A stretch of DNA of 46,357 nucleotides from an uncultured Verrucomicrobiota bacterium. Lineage in GTDB: Bacteria > Auribacterota > JABMQX01 > JAFGEW01. The translations under genes and the position numbers were made by a program. The notes below the pieces were generated by a model. The model saw only the letters and a program-made list of their open reading frames with translations. It ran no database searches and was not told the DNA's origin. The DNA is taken from the NCBI GenBank assembly GCA_964500825.1, contig CAZCQN010000005.1:1-46357 (forward strand), given 5' to 3'. Shown piece after piece: positions 16,134 to 26,582 of the stretch (its first letter is position 1; the number at the start of each line of letters is the position of its first letter).

Positions 16134-18449
16134 ATGCTGAGACGCTTCGCCCTGCTGTGTGGACTCGCCGTCTTTGTTCTGCCCTGGGTGCCGGCGCGCG
16201 CGGCCCAGGAGGGCCCGTCACTCGAAGGGCAGATTGTGCGCGACATCGAGCTGCGGGGCCTCCAGCGCACTCGGCGGCAACTCGTCCTGTACAAGATCAA
16301 GACGCACGTCGGCGAGCCGTACTCGTCCGACACCGTCAGCGCCGATGAGCGCCGCCTCATCGAGAGCGGGTACTTCCGCACCGTCTCGGTCATGGTGCAG
16401 CCGCTCGAGGACGGCGTGGGTGTGATCTTCAGCTTCCGCGAGAAGCCGACAGTCAAGGCCATCCTCTTTGAGGGGAACGAGCGATACAAGACGGCCAGGC
16501 TGCGCAAACGGATCCCGATTGGACGCGGCGAGATCTATGACGAGGTCGCGCTCGTCGAAGGGATCGCCGAGATCTATGATCTCTACGAGAAGAAGGGCTA
16601 CTACGACATCTCGGTCGTGCACAAGCCCGAGTATGACCCGGAGGCGAACGAGGTCACGGTGGTCATCGCGGTGCGCGAGGGCCGGCGGGCGATTGTGTGC
16701 GACATTCAGTTCGTTGGCGCGGAGCACACGACGCGGCGCACGCTGCTGCGGCTGATGAAGACGAAGCGGCGCAACGCGCTGAGCTGGCTCACGGGCCGCG
16801 GCAAGCTGCGGCGCGAGGTGCTCGAGGACGACATGTTCCGGCTCGCGGCCCACTGGCGTTCGCTCGGTTTTCTCGACGTGAAGATCGACGAGCCGGTCGA
16901 GGAGTTCATCGAAGGGCGCACGGATGCCGTGCGGCTCATCGTCACCGTGCGCGAGGGGCCCCGGTACCGGGCCGGCACGACGTTGTTCTCGGGTTTCCGT
17001 GCGTTCCCCGAGGAGGCGCTGCGGGCGCAGTTGGTCTTGCACGAGGGCGACGTGCTGGCGGCCCACAAGGCGACCGAACAACGGCGCGCGATCTCCGACT
17101 TCTACTCGCAGCGCGGCTACGTCGATGTGCTCGTGTCCGAGCGGCTTTCGCCGGGTGAAGGCGAGCACGTGCTCGACATCCGCTACGAGATCGAGGAGAA
17201 CAAGCGCATCCGCATCGGGCGCGTCGAGATCACCGGCAACCTGGTGACCAAGGACAAGGTGATCCGGCGCGAGATCAGCCTGGTGCCCGGCGATTATTAC
17301 GACGGGGTGAAGCTGCGCAGGTCGCACTCGCGGCTGATGAACCTGCGGTACTTCGAGTCGGTCGACATGCTGCTCGAGCCGACCGAGCGCGAGGACGTGC
17401 GCGATCTCATCGTGGTCGTAGGCGAGATGCCCACCGGGCGTCTTATGGGCGGCATGGGCTTCAGCTCGATCGACAAGCTGATGGGCACGTTCGAGATCGC
17501 CCAGTCGAACTTCGACCTCAAGAACTGGCCGTCGCTGCGCGGCGCCGGCCAGAAAGCCCGCCTCAAGTTCACGTTCGGCACGAATCGGCGTGACGCCGAG
17601 CTGAGCTTCACGGAACCGTGGTTCTTCGACAGGCAGCTCGCGTTCGGGCTCGTGGTGTTCGCGCGCGACTACCTCACGCCCGAGGACTACGACGAGAGCC
17701 AGGTCGGTTTCACCGTGCAGTTTTCGAAGATGCTGTGGCGCCGCATCAGGGGCACGATCAGCTACACGCTCAAGGAGGTCGAGATCGAAGCCGATGAGGA
17801 CGCCTCGGAGCTGATCCGGCGCGAGGAAGGCACGAAAACCGTCGGAAGCCTCACGGCGCAGGTTGTGCGCGACACGCGTGACAGCTTTTTCATGCCGACG
17901 CACGGCTACCGGCTGCTCGTGGCCGAAGAGGTCGGGGCCGACGTGCTCGGCAGCGACGACGAGTTCCACAAAGAGACGCTCGCGGCGACGTACCACGTCT
18001 CGTTCGTCGAGGGGCACGTGGTCCGGCTGCGGGGCGAGCTCGGCGCGGTCGAGGAGTTTGGCGATTCGGATGACGTGTCGATCTTCGAGCGGCTGTTCCT
18101 CGGCGGCGGTCGCACGATCCGCGGGTTCGATTTCCGCGAGGTGGGTCCCAAGGACGAGCTGGGCGAACCGGTGGGGGGCAAGTCGAGCCTGCTGCTGTCG
18201 GTCGAGTACACCTTCCCGCTCGTCGACCCGATCCGCGGGGCGGTGTTCTACGACACAGGCAACGTGTGGGAGCAAGCGTATACCTACGAGTTGAACGACT
18301 TGCGGGCCGGCGCCGGGATCGGGCTGCGCATCATGATGCCAGTATTCGGCGGGTTCCCGTTTAACATCGATTACGCGTGGCCGATCGATCGCGACGAGTT
18401 CGTCGACGACAAGCCCCGGCTCGATTTCTCGTTTGGATTCCAATTCTGA
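16134..18449 (+). CDS. bamA: outer membrane protein assembly factor BamA
   Basis: Signal peptide, POTRA repeats (ITGNLVTKDKVIRRE), barrel motif LFLGG.RTIRGF and C-terminal FSFGFQF. Confidence 0.96.
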   Translation: MLRRFALLCGLAVFVLPWVPARAAQEGPSLEGQIVRDIELRGLQRTRRQLVLYKIKTHVGEPYSSDTVSADERRLIESGYFRTVSVMVQPLEDGVGVIFSFREKPTVKAILFEGNERYKTARLRKRIPIGRGEIYDEVALVEGIAEIYDLYEKKGYYDISVVHKPEYDPEANEVTVVIAVREGRRAIVCDIQFVGAEHTTRRTLLRLMKTKRRNALSWLTGRGKLRREVLEDDMFRLAAHWRSLGFLDVKIDEPVEEFIEGRTDAVRLIVTVREGPRYRAGTTLFSGFRAFPEEALRAQLVLHEGDVLAAHKATEQRRAISDFYSQRGYVDVLVSERLSPGEGEHVLDIRYEIEENKRIRIGRVEITGNLVTKDKVIRREISLVPGDYYDGVKLRRSHSRLMNLRYFESVDMLLEPTEREDVRDLIVVVGEMPTGRLMGGMGFSSIDKLMGTFEIAQSNFDLKNWPSLRGAGQKARLKFTFGTNRRDAELSFTEPWFFDRQLAFGLVVFARDYLTPEDYDESQVGFTVQFSKMLWRRIRGTISYTLKEVEIEADEDASELIRREEGTKTVGSLTAQVVRDTRDSFFMPTHGYRLLVAEEVGADVLGSDDEFHKETLAATYHVSFVEGHVVRLRGELGAVEEFGDSDDVSIFERLFLGGGRTIRGFDFREVGPKDELGEPVGGKSSLLLSVEYTFPLVDPIRGAVFYDTGNVWEQAYTYELNDLRAGAGIGLRIMMPVFGGFPFNIDYAWPIDRDEFVDDKPRLDFSFGFQF

Positions 18450-18478
18450 TTCGAACGCGGTACCCAGGAGGAAGATCT

Positions 18479-19063
18479 GTGAGCTATAGAGTAACAATCG
18501 CAGCAGGTGTCTTGCTCGCACTGCTGGCAGGATCGGCCGTGCATGCGACCGAGGGCGTCAAGATAGCCATCGTCGATCTGTCGCGCGTCGGTGACGAGTG
18601 CAAGTACAAGGCCGACTACGAGGAGCGGCTGAAGGAGCTGATCGAGCGCAAGCGCGACGAGGGGCGGCGGCTCAGCCAGCAAGTGAAGGCGCGCTTCGAG
18701 GAGTTCGAGAAGGAGAAGCTGCTGCTGACCGACGAGGCGAAGGCGGGGAAGCAACGCGAGCTGACCGCTGAGGCCAGGAAGCTCCAGGACTTCGACGCCC
18801 AGGCCAAGCAGGAGGTCCAGCAGCAGGGCCGCGTCTACTCGGAGGAGTTCAGCAAAAAGATCAAGGCCGTCATCAAAGAAGTGGCGGCCGAGCACGGGCT
18901 GGATCTGGTGTTCGACAGCGGCGTCCTGCTCTACCAGAAAGACATGCCCGATCTCAGCGATGAGGTGCTCACGCGGCTCGACGAGATGTTCGACGAGGAG
19001 CACGGCGTGACCGAGAGCGACGACGAGGAAGCGCCTTCCGCCGACTCGGACGAAGGCGGGTGA
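18479..19063 (+). CDS. skp: periplasmic OMP chaperone Skp/OmpH
   Basis: Signal peptide, KIAIVD, a long coiled coil, and IKEVAAEHGLDLVFD / DLSDEV motifs; bamA-skp-lpxD synteny. Start set at GTG 18479 after AGGAGG. Confidence 0.9.
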   Translation: MSYRVTIAAGVLLALLAGSAVHATEGVKIAIVDLSRVGDECKYKADYEERLKELIERKRDEGRRLSQQVKARFEEFEKEKLLLTDEAKAGKQRELTAEARKLQDFDAQAKQEVQQQGRVYSEEFSKKIKAVIKEVAAEHGLDLVFDSGVLLYQKDMPDLSDEVLTRLDEMFDEEHGVTESDDEEAPSADSDEGG

Positions 19064-19070
19064 TCTGAGC

Positions 19071-20138
19071 GTGGCAGGACGCACTCTCGCTGAGATCGCC
19101 GAGCGCACGGGTGGTCGTCTGTTCGGCGATGGCCAACGCGAGATCACCGGCGTGGCCGGCATCCGTGACGCCGGCCCCGGCGACATCACCTTTGTGGCCA
19201 ATGCTCGCTACGTGCGCGAGCTGCCAATGACGCGCGCCTCGGCCGTGATCATCGCCGAGGACGTCGCGGTGCCCGAGGGGCGCAGCGGCCTCGTGCATGC
19301 CAACCCCTCGCTTGCCTTCGCCCAGGTTGTCGAGATGCTTTTCCCGCCCCCGGCCCGTCCGCGGCCGGGTGTCCATCCCGGCTCGATCATCGACCCGAGC
19401 GCATCGCTTGGCGTGGATGTGTCGATCGGGCCGTTTGTTGTCGTTGAGGCCGGTGCTCGGATCGGCGATCGGACCGTGCTGGCGCCGTTCGTCCACGTCG
19501 GTGTCGAGGCGCACGTTGGGGCCGACTGCCTGCTCTATCCGCACGTGTCGGTCCGGGAGCGGTGTGTGCTCGGCGACCGCGTGATCGTGCACTGCGGGAC
19601 CGTGATCGGCTCGGACGGCTACGGCTACGTGCAGATCGGGTCCCGGCACGAGAAGATCCCGCAGCTCGGCACGGTCGAGATCGGCGACGACGTCGAGATG
19701 GGCGCCAATGTGTGCATCGATCGGGCCCGGTTCGACAAGACCGTGATCAAACGAGGGACGAAGATTGACAACCTGGTGCAGGTGGCCCACAATGTGCGCA
19801 TCGGCGAGGACAGCCTCATTATTGCGCAGGCCGGCATCTCCGGCAGCACCACCATCGGCGACAACGTGACCATGGCCGGCCAGTCCGGCGCGGCCGGCCA
19901 CATCGAGATCGGCGATGGCGCCATCCTCACGGGGAGGGCCGGCGCGACCAAGGACGTGGCGCCGGGCGCGATCGTGAGCGGCATACCGGCGCGGCCGTTG
20001 GCCGAGGTCAGGCGCGGGCAGGCTGCCCTCATGCAGGCGGGCGAATGGACACGCAGGATGCGTGCGCTCGAACAGCGCGTCGCGAAGCTGGAGGAAGCGC
20101 TGGGGCGCTCGCGCGGATCGGCGTCGGAAGAGGAATGA
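19071..20138 (+). CDS. lpxD: UDP-3-O-(3-hydroxyacyl)glucosamine N-acyltransferase
   Basis: Hexapeptide repeats plus GSDGYGY, KIPQLG.V.IGDDVEMGAN.CIDR and KIDNLVQVAHN motifs. Confidence 0.96.
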   Translation: MAGRTLAEIAERTGGRLFGDGQREITGVAGIRDAGPGDITFVANARYVRELPMTRASAVIIAEDVAVPEGRSGLVHANPSLAFAQVVEMLFPPPARPRPGVHPGSIIDPSASLGVDVSIGPFVVVEAGARIGDRTVLAPFVHVGVEAHVGADCLLYPHVSVRERCVLGDRVIVHCGTVIGSDGYGYVQIGSRHEKIPQLGTVEIGDDVEMGANVCIDRARFDKTVIKRGTKIDNLVQVAHNVRIGEDSLIIAQAGISGSTTIGDNVTMAGQSGAAGHIEIGDGAILTGRAGATKDVAPGAIVSGIPARPLAEVRRGQAALMQAGEWTRRMRALEQRVAKLEEALGRSRGSASEEE

Positions 20139-21454
20139 TGGATCGCCAGCGGACGATTCAACACGAAGTGAGCCACGCTGGGATCGGCGTGCACACGGGC
20201 AACAGGAGCCGGCTTACGTTCAAGCCCGCGCCGCCGAACCACGGTGTCAAGTTCGTGCGCACGGACACCGATGAGCGCGTCACGATCGACGCCGTGATCG
20301 AGAACGTGAGCGACGTGGTCCGTGGGACGACGATCTCGTCGAACGGCGTCAAGATCCACACGGTCGAGCACGTGCTCGCCGCGCTCATGGGCTTCGGCAT
20401 CGACAACCTCGTCATCGAGGTCGACGCGAACGAACCGCCCGTAGGGGACGGGAGCTCGAACCCGTTCGTGGCCATGCTCGAGGAAGCGGGCATCGAAGAG
20501 CAGGATGCGCCGAAGCAGTGGTTCGCGCCGTCCGAGCCGATTCATTTCTCCGACAACGGCGTCACGATCATCGTGCTGCCTGCGGACCGGCTGCGGATTT
20601 CGGCCACGATCTGCTACGGGCGCCCGGGCCTCGACAGCCAGTACTGCTCGCTGCCGATCGATACCGAGACGTTCGTCACACAGATCGCCCCGTCACGCAC
20701 GTTCTGCTTCTACCACGACGTTGAACATCTGATGCGCAACAACCTCATCAAGGGCGGCAGCCTCGACAACGCAGTCGTGATCAAGGACGGGGCGATCCTG
20801 GCGAAGGACGGGCTTCGGTTCCCGAACGAATTCGTCCGGCACAAGGTCTTGGACATCATGGGCGATTTGTTTCTGCTGGGCTACCCGCTGCGTGCGCACG
20901 TCGTGGCGATCAGGTCGGGCCACCTACCACACATCAAGCTCACGCGCTTGCTGAGAGAGAGAATCACGATGAGCCACTCCACGAAAACGTCGGCGCGCGG
21001 CGTCGTGCACCCCGACACAGGCGAGGTATTCGACATCGAACGGATCATGCGCGTGCTGCCGCATCGGTACCCGTTCCTGCTCGTCGACCGGATCGTCGAG
21101 ATCGAGGGCAGCGAGCGGATCGTCGGCATCAAGAACGTGACGATCAATGAGCCGTTCTTCACCGGCCACTTCCCCGGCCGGCCCGTGATGCCCGGCGTGC
21201 TGCTCATCGAGGCGATGGCCCAGGTCGGCGCGATCCTGCTGCTGAACATGTCGGGCAACGACGGGAAGATCGCTTACTTCGCCAGCGTGGACAAGTGCCG
21301 CTTCCGCAAGCCCGTGGTGCCGGGTGACCAGTTGCGGCTCGTCGCCGAGACGGTGGCGATTCGCTCGAAGGTCGCTCGCTTCAAGACGGCCGCGTTTGTC
21401 GGCGACGAGAAGGTGGCCGAAGCCGAGCTGATGTGCTCGCTGGCGGACGCATGA
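20135..21454 (+). CDS. lpxC: bifunctional UDP-3-O-acyl-GlcNAc deacetylase / 3-hydroxyacyl-ACP dehydratase (LpxC-FabZ fusion)
   Basis: LpxC motifs [35 protein letters not shown] and RHKVLD, in frame with FabZ motifs [11 protein letters not shown] and [18 protein letters not shown]. Start ATG 20135 overlaps the lpxD stop. Confidence 0.95.
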   Translation: MMDRQRTIQHEVSHAGIGVHTGNRSRLTFKPAPPNHGVKFVRTDTDERVTIDAVIENVSDVVRGTTISSNGVKIHTVEHVLAALMGFGIDNLVIEVDANEPPVGDGSSNPFVAMLEEAGIEEQDAPKQWFAPSEPIHFSDNGVTIIVLPADRLRISATICYGRPGLDSQYCSLPIDTETFVTQIAPSRTFCFYHDVEHLMRNNLIKGGSLDNAVVIKDGAILAKDGLRFPNEFVRHKVLDIMGDLFLLGYPLRAHVVAIRSGHLPHIKLTRLLRERITMSHSTKTSARGVVHPDTGEVFDIERIMRVLPHRYPFLLVDRIVEIEGSERIVGIKNVTINEPFFTGHFPGRPVMPGVLLIEAMAQVGAILLLNMSGNDGKIAYFASVDKCRFRKPVVPGDQLRLVAETVAIRSKVARFKTAAFVGDEKVAEAELMCSLADA

Positions 21455-22239
21455 CGATGGGCCGCGAGACGACCATCCACCCGACCGCTGTCATCGATCC
21501 TCATGCCGAGCTTGAACCGGGCGTCGAGGTCGGCCCGTATGCGGTCATCGGGCCCAACGTGCGCATCGGCGCAGGCACCACGATCCATCCGCACGTGGTC
21601 ATCGACGGCAACACGACGATCGGCGCCGGCTGCGAGATCTTCCCCGGCGCCGCGATCGGTCTGCGGTGCCAGGACCTCAAGTACAAGGGCGAGACGACGT
21701 ACGTGCGGATCGGCGATGGGACAACGATCCGCGAGTACGTCACGATCAACTCGAGCACGGGCGAAGGGGGCGAGACCGTCGTCGGGACTAACTGCCTGCT
21801 GATGGCCTACTGCCACGTTGCGCACAACTGCGCGATCGGCGACGACGTGATCATGGCAAACCTCGCCTCGCTCGCCGGCCACATCGTCGTTGAGGACAAG
21901 GCGATTCTCGGCGGCCTCGTGGGCGTGCACCAGTTCGTTCGCATCGGCACCATGTCGATGACGGGCGGCGCCTCGAAGGTCAACCAGGACGTGCCGCCGT
22001 ATGGCCTGAGCGACGGCCACCCGTGCCGCGTGCGCGCCGTCAACGCGCTGGGCCTCAAGCGGCGCGGCGTGCCGCGCGAGACGCGCGAGGCGCTGCACCA
22101 CGCGTTCAAAGTGCTGTTCTTCGACGGTCACCCGATGAACCGGGCGCTCGAGCTCGTCGAGGCCGAGGGACCGCTGGCGCCGGAGGTCAAGCACCTGATC
22201 GAGTTCATCCGCGCCTCGGAGCGCGGCATCGGACGGTAA
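21451..22239 (+). CDS. lpxA: acyl-ACP:UDP-N-acetylglucosamine O-acyltransferase
   Basis: IHPTAVI, QDLKYKGE, IREYVTI, MAYCHVAHNC, LAGH, HQFVRIG and DVPPY motifs. ATGA overlap with lpxC-fabZ. Confidence 0.96.
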   Translation: MTMGRETTIHPTAVIDPHAELEPGVEVGPYAVIGPNVRIGAGTTIHPHVVIDGNTTIGAGCEIFPGAAIGLRCQDLKYKGETTYVRIGDGTTIREYVTINSSTGEGGETVVGTNCLLMAYCHVAHNCAIGDDVIMANLASLAGHIVVEDKAILGGLVGVHQFVRIGTMSMTGGASKVNQDVPPYGLSDGHPCRVRAVNALGLKRRGVPRETREALHHAFKVLFFDGHPMNRALELVEAEGPLAPEVKHLIEFIRASERGIGR

Positions 22240-22269
22240 TAAAGACACTTCCACCACGGGCTGCTCGCC

Positions 22270-23094
22270 ATGCCGACGCTTGGCTTGATCGCCGGAAACG
22301 GCCGGCTTCCCTTCCTCGTCGCCCGCGCCTACAGGTCGAAGGCCGGCCACCGTGTTGTCGCCGTCGGCTTCAAGGGCGACACAGACCCGACCCTCGCCGA
22401 CCTCGTTGACGAGTTCACCTGCGTCGGCGTCGGCCAGCTCGGGCGCTTGATCCGGCTGTTCAAGAAGGCGGGCGTTGACGAGGCCGTCATGGCGGGCCAG
22501 ATCACGCCGACGCGTCTGTTCTCCAAGGTGGCCTTCGATGCGCGCGGCCTCAAGGTCATCGCCCGCCTGAAGGACCACAAGGCGGACACGATCTTTGCCG
22601 CCGTCGGCGACGAGCTCGGCAAGGACGGCATCCGGCTCGTCGATTCGACGCGCTATCTCGACGAGCACCTGCCGGCCGAAGGCGTGCTCACGCGCATGCA
22701 GCCGACGGCCGAGCAGCTTGAGGACGTCGCGTTCGGCGCCGGCATTGCGCGCGCACTGGGCGGCCTCGACGTCGGGCAGACGGTCGCCGTCAAGGACCGT
22801 GCCGTGGTCGCCGTCGAGGCGATCGAGGGCACGAACGAGACGATCACGCGCGCCGGCCGGCTCGGCGGCGAGGGCGTCGTCGTGGTGAAGATGGCCAAGC
22901 CGCGCCAGGACATGCGATTCGACGTGCCCGTCATCGGGCCACGAACGATCGAGGTGATGACCGAGGCACACGCGGCCGTGCTCGCCATCGAGGCGAAACG
23001 GACGTTCGTCGTCGACGAGGCGGCAGCAATCGAAGCAGCCGACGCTCACGGCATCTGCGTGGTGGCAATCCCGCCGGACTTCGCTGTGCGCTGA
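22270..23094 (+). CDS. lpxI: UDP-2,3-diacylglucosamine diphosphatase LpxI
   Basis: [25 protein letters not shown] and [14 protein letters not shown] motifs; follows lpxA. Confidence 0.93.
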   Translation: MPTLGLIAGNGRLPFLVARAYRSKAGHRVVAVGFKGDTDPTLADLVDEFTCVGVGQLGRLIRLFKKAGVDEAVMAGQITPTRLFSKVAFDARGLKVIARLKDHKADTIFAAVGDELGKDGIRLVDSTRYLDEHLPAEGVLTRMQPTAEQLEDVAFGAGIARALGGLDVGQTVAVKDRAVVAVEAIEGTNETITRAGRLGGEGVVVVKMAKPRQDMRFDVPVIGPRTIEVMTEAHAAVLAIEAKRTFVVDEAAAIEAADAHGICVVAIPPDFAVR

Positions 23095-23174
23095 GGCACG
23101 GAACTCCTTCCCGCCTTCGTGCGTTTTCAGCGCAAGCGGGACCCTCTACGTTCCCTATTACAGAAAGGAACAGG

Positions 23175-23576
23175 ATGGATATCCGAGTGAGTTTCCCCAG
23201 CGGCAAGCGGGTCGACGCCGAGCTCGAGGGCAGAGGCTTCGTCGTCCGCACGGACCAGTCGAAGCTGAGCGGCGGCGACGAGTCGGCCCCCGAGCCGTAT
23301 CAGCTTTTCCTCGCGTCGATTGCCACCTGCGCCGGGGTGACGATTCTGAGCTTCTGCCGGACGCGCGACTTGCCGACGGACGGCATCGAGCTCGTTCAGC
23401 GCCAGGAGTACGACGAGTCGGGCAAACGGCTCACGAAGGTCAAGGTCTCCATCAAGGTTCCCGCGAGCTTCCCCGCCAAGTACCGGCGCGTGCTCATCCG
23501 AGCGGCCGATCTGTGCAGCGTCAAGAGAGCAATCGCCGACCCGCCCGAGTTTACGATCAGCGTGACCGACTCCTAG
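23175..23576 (+). CDS. OsmC/Ohr/YhfA family protein
   Basis: TDQ...GG..SAPEP..LFLAS.ATC and the second Cys in CSVK. Confidence 0.85.
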   Translation: MDIRVSFPSGKRVDAELEGRGFVVRTDQSKLSGGDESAPEPYQLFLASIATCAGVTILSFCRTRDLPTDGIELVQRQEYDESGKRLTKVKVSIKVPASFPAKYRRVLIRAADLCSVKRAIADPPEFTISVTDS

Positions 23577-23623
23577 ACTTCTTGATGGGGCTTCCAGTGC
23601 GGGGGAATTGGCATCGCTTTATG

Positions 23624-23650
23624 GTAGCACGGCTGTCAGATTCGTGCTAC
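23624..23650. promoter_or_regulatory. perfect dyad GTAGCACG-N11-CGTGCTAC, candidate NikR-type operator
   Basis: 8-bp perfect inverted arms spanning 27 bp, 63 bp upstream of the first gene of the Ni/Co ECF operon. The span is similar to known NikR operators. Confidence 0.6.
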
Positions 23651-23713
23651 ATGTGCCGCATGTGGCAGGCACTCCGTGCCAGAACGAAGAACGCCGGAAC
23701 AAGGAGGAGGCAA

Positions 23714-24511
23714 ATGAAAACCCGCACCAGCGCATCGTCGTGGACCATCGTTGTGGCCGTGCTCGCAGTCGCAGGCGCCGTGATCGCGCCGGCGATCGCG
23801 CATTTCCAGATGCTGATCCCGTCGCGAGACGTGGTCGGTACGGACGACTCGCGCGCGATCGCCCTCGATCTGATCTTCACGCATCCGATGGAAGGCCACA
23901 TGATGAACATGGCCAAGCCGAAGGCGTTCGGCGTTTCGATCAAGGGCGGCGACCCGGTCGATCTGCTCGCGACGCTCAAGGAGAAGAAGATCGGCGATTA
24001 CTCGACGTGGGAGACGACGTACCGGCTCCAGCGGCCCGGCGACTACGTCTTCTTTGTCGAGCCGGTGCCGTACTGGGAGCCTGCCGAGGACTGCTTCATC
24101 ATCCACTACACCAAGGTGGTCGTCAACGCGTTCGGCCTCGAAGAAGGCTGGGACGCCGAGCTCGGCCTGAAGACCGAGATCGTGCCGCTCGTGCGGCCGT
24201 ACGGGCTGTGGGCGGGCAACGTGTTCCGCGGCATCGTGAAGGTCGACGGCAAGCCGGTGCCGTACGCGGAGATCGAGGTCGAGTACTACAATGAGCCCGG
24301 CGCGACGCCCGTCGAGGCGCCAACCGATGCGCACATCACGCAGGTGATCAAGACGAATGCACACGGCGAGTTCTGCTATGCTATGCCGAAGGCGGGCTGG
24401 TGGGGCTTCGCGGCGCTGAACGAAGCCGACTACACGATCGAGCACGAGGGCGAGGCGAAGGCCGTCGAGCTCGGCGCTTTGATCTGGGTCCACACCGAAG
24501 AAATCAAGTAG
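23714..24511 (+). CDS. DUF4198 family periplasmic component of Ni/Co ECF system (NikK-like)
   Basis: Signal peptide ending AIA, then HFQMLIP; [37 protein letters not shown] and GWWGFAAL motifs. Start ATG 23714 after AGGAGGAGG. Confidence 0.85.
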   Translation: MKTRTSASSWTIVVAVLAVAGAVIAPAIAHFQMLIPSRDVVGTDDSRAIALDLIFTHPMEGHMMNMAKPKAFGVSIKGGDPVDLLATLKEKKIGDYSTWETTYRLQRPGDYVFFVEPVPYWEPAEDCFIIHYTKVVVNAFGLEEGWDAELGLKTEIVPLVRPYGLWAGNVFRGIVKVDGKPVPYAEIEVEYYNEPGATPVEAPTDAHITQVIKTNAHGEFCYAMPKAGWWGFAALNEADYTIEHEGEAKAVELGALIWVHTEEIK

Positions 24512-24520
24512 GGAACGGCG

Positions 24521-25147
24521 ATGCACATACAGGACGGCGTCCTCTCGCCGACCGTCCTCGTCGCCGGCGCTGTGGTGGCGGCGGCCGGCACGGCCGTGGG
24601 GCTCCGCAAGGTCACGGGCGAGATGGTGCCCCGGGTCGGCGTCATGGCGGCGACGTTCTTTGTTGCGTCGCTCATCCACGTGCCGATCGGCGTCTCGTCG
24701 GCGCACTTGATCCTGAACGGGCTTGCAGGGCTTCTCTTGGGGTGGGCGGTGTTTCCGGCGCTCCTTGTCGGGCTGTTCCTGCAGGCGATCCTGTTCCAGT
24801 TCGGCGGGCTCACGACGCTCGGCGTCAATACGACCACGATGGCGCTGCCGGCTCTCGTCTGCTACCTTGTGTTCCGGCGACTGCTTCGTCGCGGGCCGAC
24901 GGTGAGCGGGCTGGCGGCGTTCGGCACGGGCGCGCTGTCGGTCTTGCTTGCGGGCGTGCTCGTGGCGGCCGCGCTGGTTTTCTCGGGGAAGGCGTTCGCG
25001 AACACGGCGGTCGCCATCGTCGTCGTCCATCTTCCAATAGCGGCGATCGAGGGGACGATCTGCGTACTATGCGTCGCGTTTCTTCGGAAGGTGAAGCCGG
25101 AGCTGCTGCCCAGCTACGCAGGCCTGGAGGCACGGCATGATATCTAG
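24521..25147 (+). CDS. cbiM: Ni/Co ECF transporter substrate-specific component CbiM/NikM
   Basis: N-terminal MHIQDG metal-binding motif, plus FFVASLIHVPIGVSSAHL, LQAILFQFGG and EG motifs. Confidence 0.92.
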   Translation: MHIQDGVLSPTVLVAGAVVAAAGTAVGLRKVTGEMVPRVGVMAATFFVASLIHVPIGVSSAHLILNGLAGLLLGWAVFPALLVGLFLQAILFQFGGLTTLGVNTTTMALPALVCYLVFRRLLRRGPTVSGLAAFGTGALSVLLAGVLVAAALVFSGKAFANTAVAIVVVHLPIAAIEGTICVLCVAFLRKVKPELLPSYAGLEARHDI

Positions 25148-25769
25148 GCTGCTTACTCGTCTGTCTGTCTCCGTGTTACTGGCTGTCGGTGGCGCTTTGC
25201 TCGCCTCGCCGGCCTCGGCGCACAGGCTCAACGTGTTCGCCTACGTCGTCGGGGGCCAGGTGCAGGTCGAAGCGTACTTCAGCGGTGGCGCACGAGCACA
25301 GGGCGCGGACGTGACCGTCTATAGCGCCGAGAAGGAGGTGCTTCTCACGGGGCGCACCGACAAGGACGGCCTGTGGGCATTTCCCGTGCCGGCCGTCGAG
25401 GGCGATCTCGAGATCGTTGCTGAAACGGAGGATGGGCATAAGGGCCGGTGCGCGCTGAAAGCCGAGGAGCTTGCGGGCAGCGCGCCGCGTGATGACGTGC
25501 CGACGGCCGGGGCCGAAGGTCCGGACGCGGCGGGTGAGGCGCGTAGCGAGCCGGCGGCACCTTTGGGCGCCAGCGGCGACCTCGACGAGATCCGGGCATC
25601 GCTCGAGCGGATCGACGCGTCGCTTCGCACCGTGCAGCGGCAGCTCGCCGAGCTTCGCCGACCGCGCGCTGGTCCCTCGCTTGACCGTGTGCTGGCCGGC
25701 GTCGGGTTTATCGTCGGCCTGACCGGCGTGGCGATGTATTTCATGGCGCGGAACGCCGCGAGGAAGTAA
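25137..25769 (+). CDS. CbiL/NikL-like auxiliary component (periplasmic domain plus C-terminal TM)
   Basis: Signal ending ASA, then HRLNVFA; YFSGG, GRTD.DG, DGH, a short coiled coil and C-terminal TM VLAGVGFIVGLTG. Lies between cbiM and cbiQ. Confidence 0.72.
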   Translation: MISRLLTRLSVSVLLAVGGALLASPASAHRLNVFAYVVGGQVQVEAYFSGGARAQGADVTVYSAEKEVLLTGRTDKDGLWAFPVPAVEGDLEIVAETEDGHKGRCALKAEELAGSAPRDDVPTAGAEGPDAAGEARSEPAAPLGASGDLDEIRASLERIDASLRTVQRQLAELRRPRAGPSLDRVLAGVGFIVGLTGVAMYFMARNAARK

Positions 25770-25817
25770 ACTGGGGCCAGTACGGTCTCGTGCACAACTC
25801 GCTGAAGCGCTTTCTCG

Positions 25818-26582
25818 ATGGCGGTCCGGGAGCCATTTGCACAGGGCAGCTCACTTCTTCACGGCCTTGACGCACGCGCCAAGTTCGTGGCCGCATGTGT
25901 GTACTCCATCGTTGTCGCCGTGGCAGGCGATTTCCTCGTCCTAGTGTTAGCCGTTCTGTTTTCGCTCGCGCTCCTCGGGGCCGCTCGGCTCGATGCCGCT
26001 CGTCTGCTGCGCCGGCTCGTGGTCGTCAACGCGTTCATCGCGTTCCTGTGGTTGTTTTTGCCGTGGTCAGTGCCGGGCCAGATCGTGGCCGCGTTGGGGC
26101 CGATCGAGATCACGCGCGAGGGCCTGCTCCTCGCGCTGCGGCTCACGCTCCGGTGCAACGCGATTGTGTGGGCATGCATCGCGCTTCTGGGCACGTCGAG
26201 GATCGTTGACCTGGCGCATGCGCTGCGCGCGCTGCGTGTGCCCGAGAAGCTCGTCGTCGTGCTCTTCTTCTGTGTGCGCTACATCCAGGTAGTCCACGAC
26301 GAGTACCGGCGCCTCGTCGATGCGATGAGGGTGCGCGCGTTCAAGCCGAGGACGAACCTCCACACGTATCGCACGTACGCGAACCTAGTGGGCACGCTGC
26401 TGGTGCGGAGCCACGACCGGGGCGCTCGCATCTACGAGGCGATGCTCTGCCGGGGCTTTCGCGGCCGCTTTCGGAGCCTTGGACAAGGACGTATCCGGGC
26501 TCGGGATATCGCGGCGGCCGTCGTCGTCGTCGCGTTCACGATCCTGCTTGTGGGGCTGGAATGGATAGGGACAGTGCTCTGA
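25818..26582 (+). CDS. cbiQ: Ni/Co ECF transporter T component
   Basis: LHGLDARAK, AL..LRVP.KL, RYI, AMRVRAF and AMLCRGF (XRX coupling motifs). Confidence 0.93.
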   Translation: MAVREPFAQGSSLLHGLDARAKFVAACVYSIVVAVAGDFLVLVLAVLFSLALLGAARLDAARLLRRLVVVNAFIAFLWLFLPWSVPGQIVAALGPIEITREGLLLALRLTLRCNAIVWACIALLGTSRIVDLAHALRALRVPEKLVVVLFFCVRYIQVVHDEYRRLVDAMRVRAFKPRTNLHTYRTYANLVGTLLVRSHDRGARIYEAMLCRGFRGRFRSLGQGRIRARDIAAAVVVVAFTILLVGLEWIGTVL

